The position numbers and the translations under genes are program-made. The notes under the pieces are model-generated. The model did not search any database, was not told the DNA's origin, and saw nothing but the letters and a program-made list of their open reading frames with translations. A stretch of DNA of 64,000 nt from sequence record MT679221.1; one strand, 5' to 3'. Position 1 is the first letter of the stretch. Every line of letters begins with the position of its first letter. Positions 7,102-16,151 of the stretch are shown in pieces.

Positions 7102-7152
7102 AAAAAGAAGAAGTACCTCTACGCAAGTAGAGGTACGGAATCTTTCTTTTTT
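7100..7152. terminator. Bidirectional terminator between convergent genes
   Basis: A tract, GTACCTCTAC-GCAA-GTAGAGGTAC, T tract. Confidence 0.85.
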
Positions 7153-7153
7153 G

Positions 7154-7966
7154 TTACGACTTGAAGCGTCCACCGTTCATGTAATTCCAACGGTTTCCGA
7201 TGTTGTCGTTGTGGACCAGACAACGTTGCATTTTCGGCAAGGTGTCTTCGAACATTTGACCCGCGTCCGAGTAACCTTCAATAACGTTTCTGAAGGCACC
7301 GAACTCCATACCATTTTCCAGTTTACCGGAGTCCATGTCGAAGATCATGGTGTTGTAGATATATTGCTTAACAGCCATGACTGCCAGCTCACCTACAACC
7401 GGATAGAATGCTGGTTTTATTTCGTTCATCTCCTGGGATAGTTCGTACTTCACCACGAGTTTGGTAGAGTAAACGAACATGCCTGGGTCTTTGATACGGA
7501 TGGTATTCGGGCCGAGTACCTCAACCTCTGGAGAGGCGATACGCGGCATCGCCGACTGACTATCAACCACTTGTTGGGTGGATGCTAATACACCAGAGGT
7601 GGCACCGTCCAGATATGAACCTGCGGGAGGCATGGTGTACGCCTGTCCGGCAACGGGTGTTACAGAAATGTGGGCATCCAGAATAGGACGACCGCCTGTT
7701 TTGATGTCGTCGAGATAATACACGCGACTGAAATAATCTTGCGTGTCGTTATCCCAAGGGACACCTTGCAAATCTACTTCTTGATACTGCCCCATTCTGG
7801 AGATTTCAGGGACCAGAATCTCACGAATAACACGTTGTTGGATTTCGTTATCTACAGAGCTTGCAATTCCCAGTAACTTGAGGTTTTCTGGAACAAAAGC
7901 CGCCTGTAGAATCGGGGCAGGAATATGCTGTCTGATTTTACGCAGACAGTAGTCGATAACATTCAT
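7154..7966 (-). CDS. Conserved phage protein, probable virion structural protein
   Basis: Start reassigned to MNVIDY (AGGAG RBS); 270 aa. Structural role inferred from synteny with SPN3US gp8 as recalled. Confidence 0.7.
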   Translation of the reverse strand: MNVIDYCLRKIRQHIPAPILQAAFVPENLKLLGIASSVDNEIQQRVIREILVPEISRMGQYQEVDLQGVPWDNDTQDYFSRVYYLDDIKTGGRPILDAHISVTPVAGQAYTMPPAGSYLDGATSGVLASTQQVVDSQSAMPRIASPEVEVLGPNTIRIKDPGMFVYSTKLVVKYELSQEMNEIKPAFYPVVGELAVMAVKQYIYNTMIFDMDSGKLENGMEFGAFRNVIEGYSDAGQMFEDTLPKMQRCLVHNDNIGNRWNYMNGGRFKS

Positions 7967-8039
7967 TCTAAGGCTCCTATGAAGCTCGTAGGACAACTCA
8001 TACCATCGGGTAATGCTATCCCATTACCTGACATTAAAA

Positions 8040-8104
8040 TACGTTTTACGACCTTTATGTGCGCACCATACTCGAAGAAATTTTGCATAGATATTATCTT
8101 CGTG
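8040..8104 (+). promoter_or_regulatory. Tandem middle-type (TAC-N15-TGTG, 8040-8061) and early-type (TAGATATTATCTTCGTG, 8088-8104) promoters
   Basis: Both window-wide motifs are present upstream of the 8130 operon. Confidence 0.6.
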
Positions 8105-8129
8105 AATTATCCTTAAGGAGCATTTCTCG

Positions 8130-8450
8130 ATGACGCGCATGTTCTTTAATTTCTCTCCAGGGACAAATGAACAGATTGTGCCTGCGGACATGTTACTGTG
8201 CGCGATACAAGAAGTCATTTATCCCGGCACGCATGAGTTTCCACGCGAGTGGACACGCATTGCCGAAAGTTATTTTGGCACGGAAGCGTGGTTTGTTATT
8301 TCGGCGTTGGGCCGAAACCATAGCTATCCCTTTCATTACAAAAATGGAGTTGTGCAAACGTGGTCAGAATATACCTCGAACCAGCTGCGGTTCATTCTAG
8401 CTTCTGGGGGCCTGTCGATGCTTCCCAGTACGCTACCGCTCTGCGGATGA
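8130..8450 (+). CDS. Hypothetical protein
   Basis: 106 aa; AAGGAG RBS. Confidence 0.75.
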   Translation: MTRMFFNFSPGTNEQIVPADMLLCAIQEVIYPGTHEFPREWTRIAESYFGTEAWFVISALGRNHSYPFHYKNGVVQTWSEYTSNQLRFILASGGLSMLPSTLPLCG

Positions 8451-9010
8451 GCCAAAAAGAACGCGAGATGTTAACTGTACAACTGTTACACACTGCGCTC
8501 GAAGATATCTTTTACTCCGTTCCGGAAATGCCTAATGCACGTATGGAACCTTTGCTGGAACCTTATACTGACGCTTTTAATCTCACGATGATGTTGGTGG
8601 CTGACCAGATCATACTTCCACCGAAAACAGTTCCTGTGGAACGTACACACGTTTCCAGTGGCGGTTTGGGTACTCCGGTTAATAAGACGAAAGAGACCGT
8701 AGCGATTTTACGTTCTACCGAATATCTTATCGGATTGGCATTCGAAGACTGTTACAACAGTTTCCTGGACAGTATCCATGCGCTTGTGGAGAATGCTGTG
8801 AAAGCCGCCAAACACCCGTTTAATCGTTATGCGACGATTAAACTGGAACCACACATAACCCGTCGTGGGCAGGTGCAATCTCTGGAGTTACAAATTGGAG
8901 AAGACATCAGATTCATCCACTACCGCCAATGCTTCCCAAACAAACGATATCGTCCGTCTGGTACTGATCGATCACATTGCCTCGACGGCATACGTCAGGA
9001 TATTGAATGA
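8447..9010 (+). CDS. Hypothetical protein
   Basis: Start reassigned to ATG 8447 (ATGA overlap; MSQKERE..). Confidence 0.75.
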   Translation: MSQKEREMLTVQLLHTALEDIFYSVPEMPNARMEPLLEPYTDAFNLTMMLVADQIILPPKTVPVERTHVSSGGLGTPVNKTKETVAILRSTEYLIGLAFEDCYNSFLDSIHALVENAVKAAKHPFNRYATIKLEPHITRRGQVQSLELQIGEDIRFIHYRQCFPNKRYRPSGTDRSHCLDGIRQDIE

Positions 9011-9332
9011 CCCCAGCGACATCATGTTCAGCATGTATGATGTTAACACGGGGTTGAAGCATATCATTCTCTGTATGCTCGAATACATGATTCCGACATT
9101 TACAGAACACGGTGCGTGGGACACAGAAACAGTCTCACTGATTGTTAGGTGTTATCGTCCCAGAAGTCATTCGCGGGAAATCCACACCATCGCGTCACAC
9201 GTTCATCGTGCTATCTGTGAGGAAATGGGCATTCCTCCGAAAGGGTATCGGTATCATTATAATCAAGCAGACAGAATTCTCCGTTTCATTCCACGTAAGG
9301 TAACAGATGTCTATGATGACGGTTTATACTGA
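9003..9332 (+). CDS. Hypothetical protein (start uncertain: TTG 9003 or ATG 9024)
   Basis: 3' part of ORF 8865-9332; fits the overlapping operon. Confidence 0.6.
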   Translation: MNDPSDIMFSMYDVNTGLKHIILCMLEYMIPTFTEHGAWDTETVSLIVRCYRPRSHSREIHTIASHVHRAICEEMGIPPKGYRYHYNQADRILRFIPRKVTDVYDDGLY

Positions 9333-9714
9333 GTTCGTGCGTTTGACTTGCCGACTCACCGCACTCGTCAAAGAGAATCTCGGCATCGATTACCAGGATG
9401 CTGCGGTAGAGCTTGACGACTATATCGAGCAAATTGTTCGGTTGCATGTTCTACGGAAAAAATATGGCGTTATCGATAGCATGATACGCCAGTTCTTTAT
9501 GGAGTATGTTCACGATAACCCAATCATTGCTCCAACCACGTCGGCAAAATACTGGGCTCTTTGTCGATTTGAGTTGTTGATACGGGACACCGATTGCATC
9601 TGGCAAGCAATCGACGAGGACATGACTTATTTACCACAATCCGACTTCCTCCTTTGGCATGTAGGAGATGGTGTCTGGAAAATGTTAACTACAGGGGTTA
9701 CTTACAATGATTGA
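9307..9714 (+). CDS. Hypothetical protein
   Basis: 135 aa; overlaps both neighbours. Confidence 0.75.
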   Translation: MSMMTVYTEFVRLTCRLTALVKENLGIDYQDAAVELDDYIEQIVRLHVLRKKYGVIDSMIRQFFMEYVHDNPIIAPTTSAKYWALCRFELLIRDTDCIWQAIDEDMTYLPQSDFLLWHVGDGVWKMLTTGVTYND

Positions 9715-10216
9715 GCGATCTCATTTCTATATCCCCGGCTATCAGTTATTGGCCGGGCCGTTAACGGAGTTTTCGCCAAATGATGTGCTCCGCGAAGTGA
9801 ATGACGATTTGAACTCGATAATCAATACCGCCATGAGCTTCGTGGAACGTGGAACCATCGGTAGTGAGTTAAAGTTTATGATGAACAACACCTTTGGGTT
9901 TGTTTCTCGTACGCTGAATGCACACGGCGTTGTGCTGGAAAATGAGCAAGTAATCACCTACGGCACTGCAATTCAAAACATCGGCCGAGCGTATATGACT
10001 GCTGTGTCACAGTCTCCTTATTGGTTTACTCACTACGGTCGTTGGGTCGGTGCGCAATACACAACGCGCAATCCATCGGATGTCGAATTCTTACTGGATT
10101 ATAACGGTGGTGATAAGTTCCCACAGTTTGCCAGCCAAGAAGCGTACGAGCGCATCACCCCACAACTTCTGCCGGTTATCGATTTGCTTATCGGTAATCT
10201 CGGAGGTCGTGTATGA
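9707..10216 (+). CDS. Hypothetical protein
   Basis: 169 aa; AGGGGT RBS. Confidence 0.8.
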   Translation: MIERSHFYIPGYQLLAGPLTEFSPNDVLREVNDDLNSIINTAMSFVERGTIGSELKFMMNNTFGFVSRTLNAHGVVLENEQVITYGTAIQNIGRAYMTAVSQSPYWFTHYGRWVGAQYTTRNPSDVEFLLDYNGGDKFPQFASQEAYERITPQLLPVIDLLIGNLGGRV

Positions 10217-10701
10217 GCGTTCTGTTTGATGTGGCGGATATTGCGAACCAATATAGCGCGACTCGGTTTTACGAGCATGTTCGTGAAGCGGCATTGCGTG
10301 TACTAGAAGCCAGTAACCTGGAGATTGATGAAACACAGATACGTGATTTTTATCAACGTTTTGCGTTTGCGTATATCATCGGTGTGAAAACTCGTGACCC
10401 TTCGACGATGGTTGATTTGTTACAGGAAGACACGCTTGAACCTCTGGGCAATTGGGAGTTGGTGACCGATGGCCTGTCCGTTGACCAGTTCGCTAAGGAA
10501 ACGTCTGTCGATACGACATTTCTGGCCGCACAAGGTTCGCCCGAACAACATCAAGCCGCCTTCGGCGCTGCGGTAAGTTTACTGGCCGAAGAGTTAACAA
10601 ACTTAACTGGTTTTGCTGGACTGATAGAGTCGCTGTATCCGGGGCGATATCAAACGTATGTAGGTGATAGTTTTAACGATGTGGTGTTAATCTGCGAATG
10701 A
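10213..10701 (+). CDS. Hypothetical protein
   Basis: 162 aa; GGAGGT RBS; ATGA overlap. Confidence 0.8.
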   Translation: MSVLFDVADIANQYSATRFYEHVREAALRVLEASNLEIDETQIRDFYQRFAFAYIIGVKTRDPSTMVDLLQEDTLEPLGNWELVTDGLSVDQFAKETSVDTTFLAAQGSPEQHQAAFGAAVSLLAEELTNLTGFAGLIESLYPGRYQTYVGDSFNDVVLICE

Positions 10702-11129
10702 AACTGTACATGACCATAGGCGAAGTCTTCAAATATGAGTCGTTGTTGGCACGGGCCGAGATTGCTGATACTAGCGAGATCGAGCCCGCTGTCGCTTATT
10801 TGTTTCTGGCCAGTTACGCCGAATTAACGGTACGTTCTATTGTTAATGGGCTAGGTAAGGGTAAGAACTTTCTTACTTTTATTCCCCCAGACCCTGCTTT
10901 GATACTGGAACAGTTGCGCGGGATGTGGGGTACTGAAAAGGTGCTGCCTCTAAACTGCTACAGCATGAGCAGTGGAATTAAGGATGATGTTCGGTTCTAT
11001 GAAATCCTTTCCGTGATAGAACGTGTGTGGGGCATGGCTGGCTTGACTCCAGAAGACGGAGCAAAAAAGACAAAGGTTTCACTCCTTATGAATGAAATTG
11101 GCAACGCACTCATCTGTGTTGAATGTTAA
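10698..11129 (+). CDS. Hypothetical protein
   Basis: 143 aa; ATGA overlap. Confidence 0.8.
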   Translation: MKLYMTIGEVFKYESLLARAEIADTSEIEPAVAYLFLASYAELTVRSIVNGLGKGKNFLTFIPPDPALILEQLRGMWGTEKVLPLNCYSMSSGIKDDVRFYEILSVIERVWGMAGLTPEDGAKKTKVSLLMNEIGNALICVEC

Positions 11130-11138
11130 GGAGTACGA

Positions 11139-11738
11139 ATGATCTACAAGGTGATCGCCAACCACTTGATTAATGTGGACTTGGGGGTCGTGGGGTATCT
11201 TCCTGACGGTATGCGGTTTCTGGATCTGGTGATTGACACCGTAGTCCGTTTACCACGTGTCACTGTGGAGATACCTGTAAAGGAATTGGACCGGGACGAG
11301 ATACATGAACTTATACGTGAAACGCTGACTAGCTACACATACGAGTTTCGTTGCATGTTACCTCGCACCGATCTTACGTTCTTGCACGACTTCTTTACGT
11401 TACTGACTGACGAGTACCGTCGGTGGAAGTTTAATGTTGCAATGGAAGCCAGCACCGAATCGCATTTTAACGGTCTGACACCATTGTTAGATTTAGCGTT
11501 GATGTACAAAGAGCAAGACAGTTCACACTGGGTTACGCTCAAGCATTACACGTTGGATCTAATGGCGACCGCCGTAACGGAAGCAGTTATGGCGCATTAT
11601 GTTGAGCCGGTGAAGATGTTCTTAGAGGCGCATAATGGCGCTATCCGTACGTTGGTTCTCAAGGTGGACTTCCCGAAGACGCCGTTAACCAATGCTTTGG
11701 ATATGAGGCTGCTTGTTGATGTTCCTGAGGAGGAATAA
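11139..11738 (+). CDS. Hypothetical protein
   Basis: 199 aa; AAGGAG RBS. Confidence 0.8.
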   Translation: MIYKVIANHLINVDLGVVGYLPDGMRFLDLVIDTVVRLPRVTVEIPVKELDRDEIHELIRETLTSYTYEFRCMLPRTDLTFLHDFFTLLTDEYRRWKFNVAMEASTESHFNGLTPLLDLALMYKEQDSSHWVTLKHYTLDLMATAVTEAVMAHYVEPVKMFLEAHNGAIRTLVLKVDFPKTPLTNALDMRLLVDVPEEE

Positions 11739-12148
11739 TGTTCGATCTACGCACACTGGTCGCTGGGCAAAAAGTTAACATTGTTTACGACACCCCTTTG
11801 AAAGGGCAAGAGACGCGTGTAATTATTCTGGCAACCGGCGTTGGCTATGAAATGGCCAAAAGCTATATGGATGTGATGGCGGAGCAGAAGAATATCTACT
11901 CTTCCATTGTTTCTCAGCCAGAAGATAACGTGAACAAATACACGTATCTGATTTTCAAAGGTGTTGACGGCAAACCAAAAGTCGCTGCCGATGCCTGGAT
12001 TCGTGATGTTCAGATTATCGAAAACACGAAGGTGCGCTTCACCGTCACCCTGGATAACAAACAGGAGATTGACGACCTTAAACGTGCCCTGGCTGCCAAT
12101 GGTTTCAATGACGTCGATTTTGAAATCGTTGAGAGTATTGCCGGTTAA
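11738..12148 (+). CDS. Conserved hypothetical protein
   Basis: 136 aa; GAGGAGG RBS; TAATG overlap. Confidence 0.85.
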   Translation: MFDLRTLVAGQKVNIVYDTPLKGQETRVIILATGVGYEMAKSYMDVMAEQKNIYSSIVSQPEDNVNKYTYLIFKGVDGKPKVAADAWIRDVQIIENTKVRFTVTLDNKQEIDDLKRALAANGFNDVDFEIVESIAG

Positions 12149-12153
12149 AGTAA

Positions 12154-12191
12154 GCCCACTCTTCGGAGTGGGTTATTTTTTTTTCTTTTTT
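12154..12191 (+). terminator. Intrinsic terminator
   Basis: GCCCACTC-TTCG-GAGTGGGT plus long T tract; CAC-N15-TATA promoter motif follows at 12192-12213. Confidence 0.85.
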
Positions 12192-12240
12192 CACGTATCC
12201 CGCAAGTCTTATAGCTGAGTAAAAAACCAAGGGGCCAGAC

Positions 12241-14520
12241 GTGGACTACAATTCACCATTTCGTCTTAGTCAAGACGAGTATCATCGCGACATTGACGTT
12301 ATCGATGCGTACTACGAACAACTGGCGCTCTACATTCATACCGTCACCAACGGGAAATATTCTTTGGAGTTCTGTCGACAGCAGGTCGAAGAAATGTTCC
12401 AACCTGGTGGTGAGTTAGTACACGAATTTCCCGTGTGTAAGATGTGGGTGCGCAATCAAAAGACCGGCGATCGCGAAGAAAAATACACCACGGTAGATAA
12501 ACTGTTCCGTACAGTGATTGATAAGCAGATTATCTCTGCGCCGTCGCTGACCTTTTATCTGCCTGAGCACGTCAAGCGCTCTAAGCTTGCTGAATTTACC
12601 GCAGAGAACGTGCGTAAGCGTGCGGTTGTTAAGAAAGAGATGTACGCAGCAGGTGCTGCGGGTAATGAAGTTCTGCGTATTAACAAAAAGAACGAACAGA
12701 ACGCTGTTAAGACGTTGAACAACGGGATGTCGGGTGCATTCTCATCACCGTACACGGTAATCTTTAACCAGTCTTCGCACTCTGTATTGACGTCAACCTG
12801 CCGTACGGCTACATCGTTCGGTAACGCGGGCAACGAACGTCTACTGGGCGGTAATCGTCACTACGACACGCCGTCCCGTGTTATCGACCACTTACTGTCT
12901 ATTGGTACACTGACTAACTTTGCGGAGTTCAAGAAGTGTATGGAACTCTATAACCTCCACTACCCAACAGTGGACGAGGTTATGGAAGTGGTTATGTACT
13001 CTGCAGAGTTTTACTTCCGTAACGACGAAGGGCTGGAGTTCATTCGTCACTACGTCGGTAATTGTAGCCCGCTGGTACGTGCAGCGTTTGTCTACATGGG
13101 TGACTTCTACCACCTGGCGAAATACAACGATGAATTCATGCGCGGATTTATCGGTGCGCTGATTGCCGAGGAGATGGAAGACGAGATCACCGATTGGGAT
13201 GCTGCTGAGCGCTCTATCGACGGTGACATGCAGATCATTATCTCGCAGTTCCGTACTGATATCGTGCCGTTAGGTAAGTCGTTCTCTGACGTTAAACTCA
13301 AAGACGAAAACACGAACAAAGCGGAACCGTGGGATAAGCAGGAAAAATACAAAGAGCTGATTCGCTCAGCTGTGTATCTGCAGAAAACCATCGGTAAGTA
13401 CGCGTGCTTGATTCGTAATATCCTGACTACCAAAAACCTGCCAATTAACATTGCCAGGATGCCCGACGTAGTTCGTCGTGTTGGTGTGGTGTCGGATACC
13501 GACTCCACGATGATGACCGCACAGTGGTGGGCACAGTGGTATACCGGTCAACATTACGGTCGTGAAGCTACGCGCGTATCGGATGCGATGATTTATATTG
13601 CAACCCAGCACTTACGTCATCTGATGGCGAGCATGTCGGCGAACATCGGTGTGGCGAAAGAGCGTCTGTTTTTGTACGCAATGAAGAACGAATTTAAGTT
13701 CGACTCCTTTGCGTTAACCACGAAAGCAAAACACTATTTCTCCATCATCACTGGCCAGGAAGGACAATTGAAGTCCGACCCTGAGTTAGAAGTTAAAGGT
13801 GTGTCTTTACGTACGTCGAACATACCGCCTGTGGTCATGAAAGAGTTCAAACGTACGATTAAAGAACTCTGTGAGATTGTAGCGCGCGGCGATAAGATTA
13901 AGATTCTGCCTCTGCTGGAAAAGGTTGCTGCAATTGAGCACGTTGTGGTGGACTCTATTCGTGCTGGTAAAGCAGGCTACCTGAAAACAACCAACGTCAA
14001 AGACCGTAGTGCGTACTCTGAAGATGATGAAAAGAGCTACCACTACCACCGCATGTACAACGCCATCTTTGGACCGAAGTACGGCTACCTGGACGAACCG
14101 CCTTATGACGCCGTGAAACTTCCGGTAAACCTGGAGAACAAAACAGCCGTTAAAGAGTGGCTGGAAAACATTAAAGACCCGATGATTAAGACCACTGCAA
14201 CACGGTGGTTCGAAGAGAACAACTATCGCACCTATCGTACTCTGATACTGCCAGAGTTCTTGGTGGAAAACTTCGGTATTCCTCCGGAGCTGATTGATGC
14301 TGCAGACACACGTCGAAGCGCATTCTCCACAGTAGAACCTTACTATCACATCCTGGAATGTCTGGGTGTGTTCATGATGGACAAGAACAGAACTCGTCTG
14401 CTTTCAGATTACTACGGCGAATCTGTAGACTCGGTCAAGGAAGAATTAGGTAGCGGTGAGTACGTTAAGAAATCTGAACGTGATGGAGAGGAAGAGGATG
14501 GGGAAGAAGCGGAGGAGTAA
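12241..14520 (+). CDS. Family B DNA polymerase, C-terminal polymerase subunit (split enzyme)
   Basis: Motif B-like KNEQNAVKTLNNGMSG, motif C SDTDS, KxYF, LEVKG. No exonuclease motifs. GTG start. Confidence 0.9.
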   Translation: MDYNSPFRLSQDEYHRDIDVIDAYYEQLALYIHTVTNGKYSLEFCRQQVEEMFQPGGELVHEFPVCKMWVRNQKTGDREEKYTTVDKLFRTVIDKQIISAPSLTFYLPEHVKRSKLAEFTAENVRKRAVVKKEMYAAGAAGNEVLRINKKNEQNAVKTLNNGMSGAFSSPYTVIFNQSSHSVLTSTCRTATSFGNAGNERLLGGNRHYDTPSRVIDHLLSIGTLTNFAEFKKCMELYNLHYPTVDEVMEVVMYSAEFYFRNDEGLEFIRHYVGNCSPLVRAAFVYMGDFYHLAKYNDEFMRGFIGALIAEEMEDEITDWDAAERSIDGDMQIIISQFRTDIVPLGKSFSDVKLKDENTNKAEPWDKQEKYKELIRSAVYLQKTIGKYACLIRNILTTKNLPINIARMPDVVRRVGVVSDTDSTMMTAQWWAQWYTGQHYGREATRVSDAMIYIATQHLRHLMASMSANIGVAKERLFLYAMKNEFKFDSFALTTKAKHYFSIITGQEGQLKSDPELEVKGVSLRTSNIPPVVMKEFKRTIKELCEIVARGDKIKILPLLEKVAAIEHVVVDSIRAGKAGYLKTTNVKDRSAYSEDDEKSYHYHRMYNAIFGPKYGYLDEPPYDAVKLPVNLENKTAVKEWLENIKDPMIKTTATRWFEENNYRTYRTLILPEFLVENFGIPPELIDAADTRRSAFSTVEPYYHILECLGVFMMDKNRTRLLSDYYGESVDSVKEELGSGEYVKKSERDGEEEDGEEAEE

Positions 14521-14576
14521 GAATAAGTCACGATCGTGTGTACCACAAACAATAACCGTTACGGGGGTGGAAGGGT

Positions 14577-14774
14577 ATGTATCGAAATAGTGGGAAGTCC
14601 ACAGAGATGATAACCGCAATCCGTCGCGACCTCGAAGAACGGGGTTGCGTGGATATTGAGTTACATCAGGCAGGCGAAACGGTGCATATCACGGCATTGG
14701 ATGCCAAACGGAAACGTAGTATCACTGTGTGGGGTAAACCATACGCAAGTGATTTTACGGAGACGATAAAATAA
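14577..14774 (+). CDS. Small hypothetical protein (start uncertain)
   Basis: 65 aa ORF between the polymerase and a bidirectional terminator. Confidence 0.55.
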   Translation: MYRNSGKSTEMITAIRRDLEERGCVDIELHQAGETVHITALDAKRKRSITVWGKPYASDFTETIK

Positions 14775-14783
14775 TAGACAGAC

Positions 14784-14828
14784 AAAAAAATAAAAAAAAA
14801 GAACTACACACCGAAGTGTGTAGTTTTT
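14784..14828. terminator. Bidirectional terminator (UUCG loop on the minus strand)
   Basis: A tract, AACTACACAC-CGAA-GTGTGTAGTT, T tract. Confidence 0.85.
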
Positions 14829-14877
14829 GTATATAGTATGAATACTCGAAAGAGTGTTCGCGAGGAGAGAGTAAGTC

Positions 14878-15945
14878 TTATTTTTCTTCTAGCTCTGTCA
14901 TCAACGGGATAATCAAATCGCGTTGGATAAAGTTATAGAAGGATTTGGTCAAACGTGTGAGGACTTTAGAGTCCACATAACGCGCCAAATCAACCAACAT
15001 CGTACGTTTGTGTTTCTCCATATTCCCCTGGTTGTATTGAAGACAAAACAGTGCCCAGTACCAGTTCACCATGTTCTGGTGCCAGGTGTTCTGCAGTGTT
15101 TGACCTGGTTCTCGAAAGACAATCAGTTCCAGTGCTGTGTGGCCTTCTTCACCAGGATGTTGGAAGAACAATGGGATGTTGTTTAAGACTTGTCCCGGTA
15201 ACGGGTTGGCAGCCAGTAGTTTACTACGGATGCCTTTTGCGTGCTTCACAGCTAAAGCTTGAAGCGGCGGAACAGGAATGACACGTAACGTTTCATCCGG
15301 TTCAATCTCTTTCCCGAAGGCTATCGCACGATGTATATTTACAAAGGCGATATCCATGTAGCTCGGCAACATGCGAGAGATCACATGTCGTTGGAGATAC
15401 ACAGGTGTGGCAATAGGTTCGGTGCCGCGACTGTAGTGCTGCTGACCTTTGACATATTGCCAAAGCAAAGCAACCAGGTTGATTTCGATCACCGTAACAC
15501 CTCGGGGCCGTCCGTCACCGAACTTCCAATTGAGGTTGGTATACTCATGGTAGAGGTAACGTGCGGGGGTGTAGTCGCGGAACGAAAGGTCTGGATTTAC
15601 TGGGCGGGCTACGAGAGAGATTACCTCATCTTGGCCCTGGATAAACTTGCTATTAAAGATTTGACCGTACTCACCAACAGACGTCAAGCGTAAGGCGTTA
15701 CCGATCTGAACAAGTTTGCGACGGCAAGCCCATTCGATGTCTTCGTACTCTGGTTCACCGGCATAGCCGATGGCAGACAACACCTCTTGCAACAAATGGC
15801 CATTACCAGCACTGCGATTAAGCTGTTCGTAGTAGTTGCGTATACGCTGGCTGTTGTTTTTTACGTGAGCCGCTAATGTTATAGCGGAGGGGTCCGTGCT
15901 GTGACCCTTTATGGCCACTTGGTTTAACTCGGCTTGGCTGAACAT
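14878..15945 (-). CDS. Conserved chimallivirus protein, probably late/virion
   Basis: Start reassigned to MFSQAEL (AAGGAG RBS); late-type TATG at 15966-15969 on the minus strand; sits between the DNA polymerase and chimallin. Confidence 0.7.
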   Translation of the reverse strand: MFSQAELNQVAIKGHSTDPSAITLAAHVKNNSQRIRNYYEQLNRSAGNGHLLQEVLSAIGYAGEPEYEDIEWACRRKLVQIGNALRLTSVGEYGQIFNSKFIQGQDEVISLVARPVNPDLSFRDYTPARYLYHEYTNLNWKFGDGRPRGVTVIEINLVALLWQYVKGQQHYSRGTEPIATPVYLQRHVISRMLPSYMDIAFVNIHRAIAFGKEIEPDETLRVIPVPPLQALAVKHAKGIRSKLLAANPLPGQVLNNIPLFFQHPGEEGHTALELIVFREPGQTLQNTWHQNMVNWYWALFCLQYNQGNMEKHKRTMLVDLARYVDSKVLTRLTKSFYNFIQRDLIIPLMTELEEK

Positions 15946-15997
15946 GGCAGACTCCTTAGATTCCACATAGGAAGTCAGTCACAGTCAAAAATATCTC

Positions 15998-16110
15998 AGA
16001 TTGATATTATCTATGTGACAGTTCCTGAGAAATGTCTGGACTATGTGCCTTGTAAGTAAGCGACGGCGTACTTGCATTCCATGAAATTACAGGCAGATAT
16101 TATCTCTGCG
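15998..16110 (+). promoter_or_regulatory. Two tandem early-type promoters upstream of chimallin
   Basis: AGATTGATATTATCTATGTG 15998-16017 and AGGCAGATATTATCTCTGCG 16091-16110. Confidence 0.65.
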
Positions 16111-16151
16111 AACCGAACTATGATTGCAATCACTATTAAGGAATATTTAAA

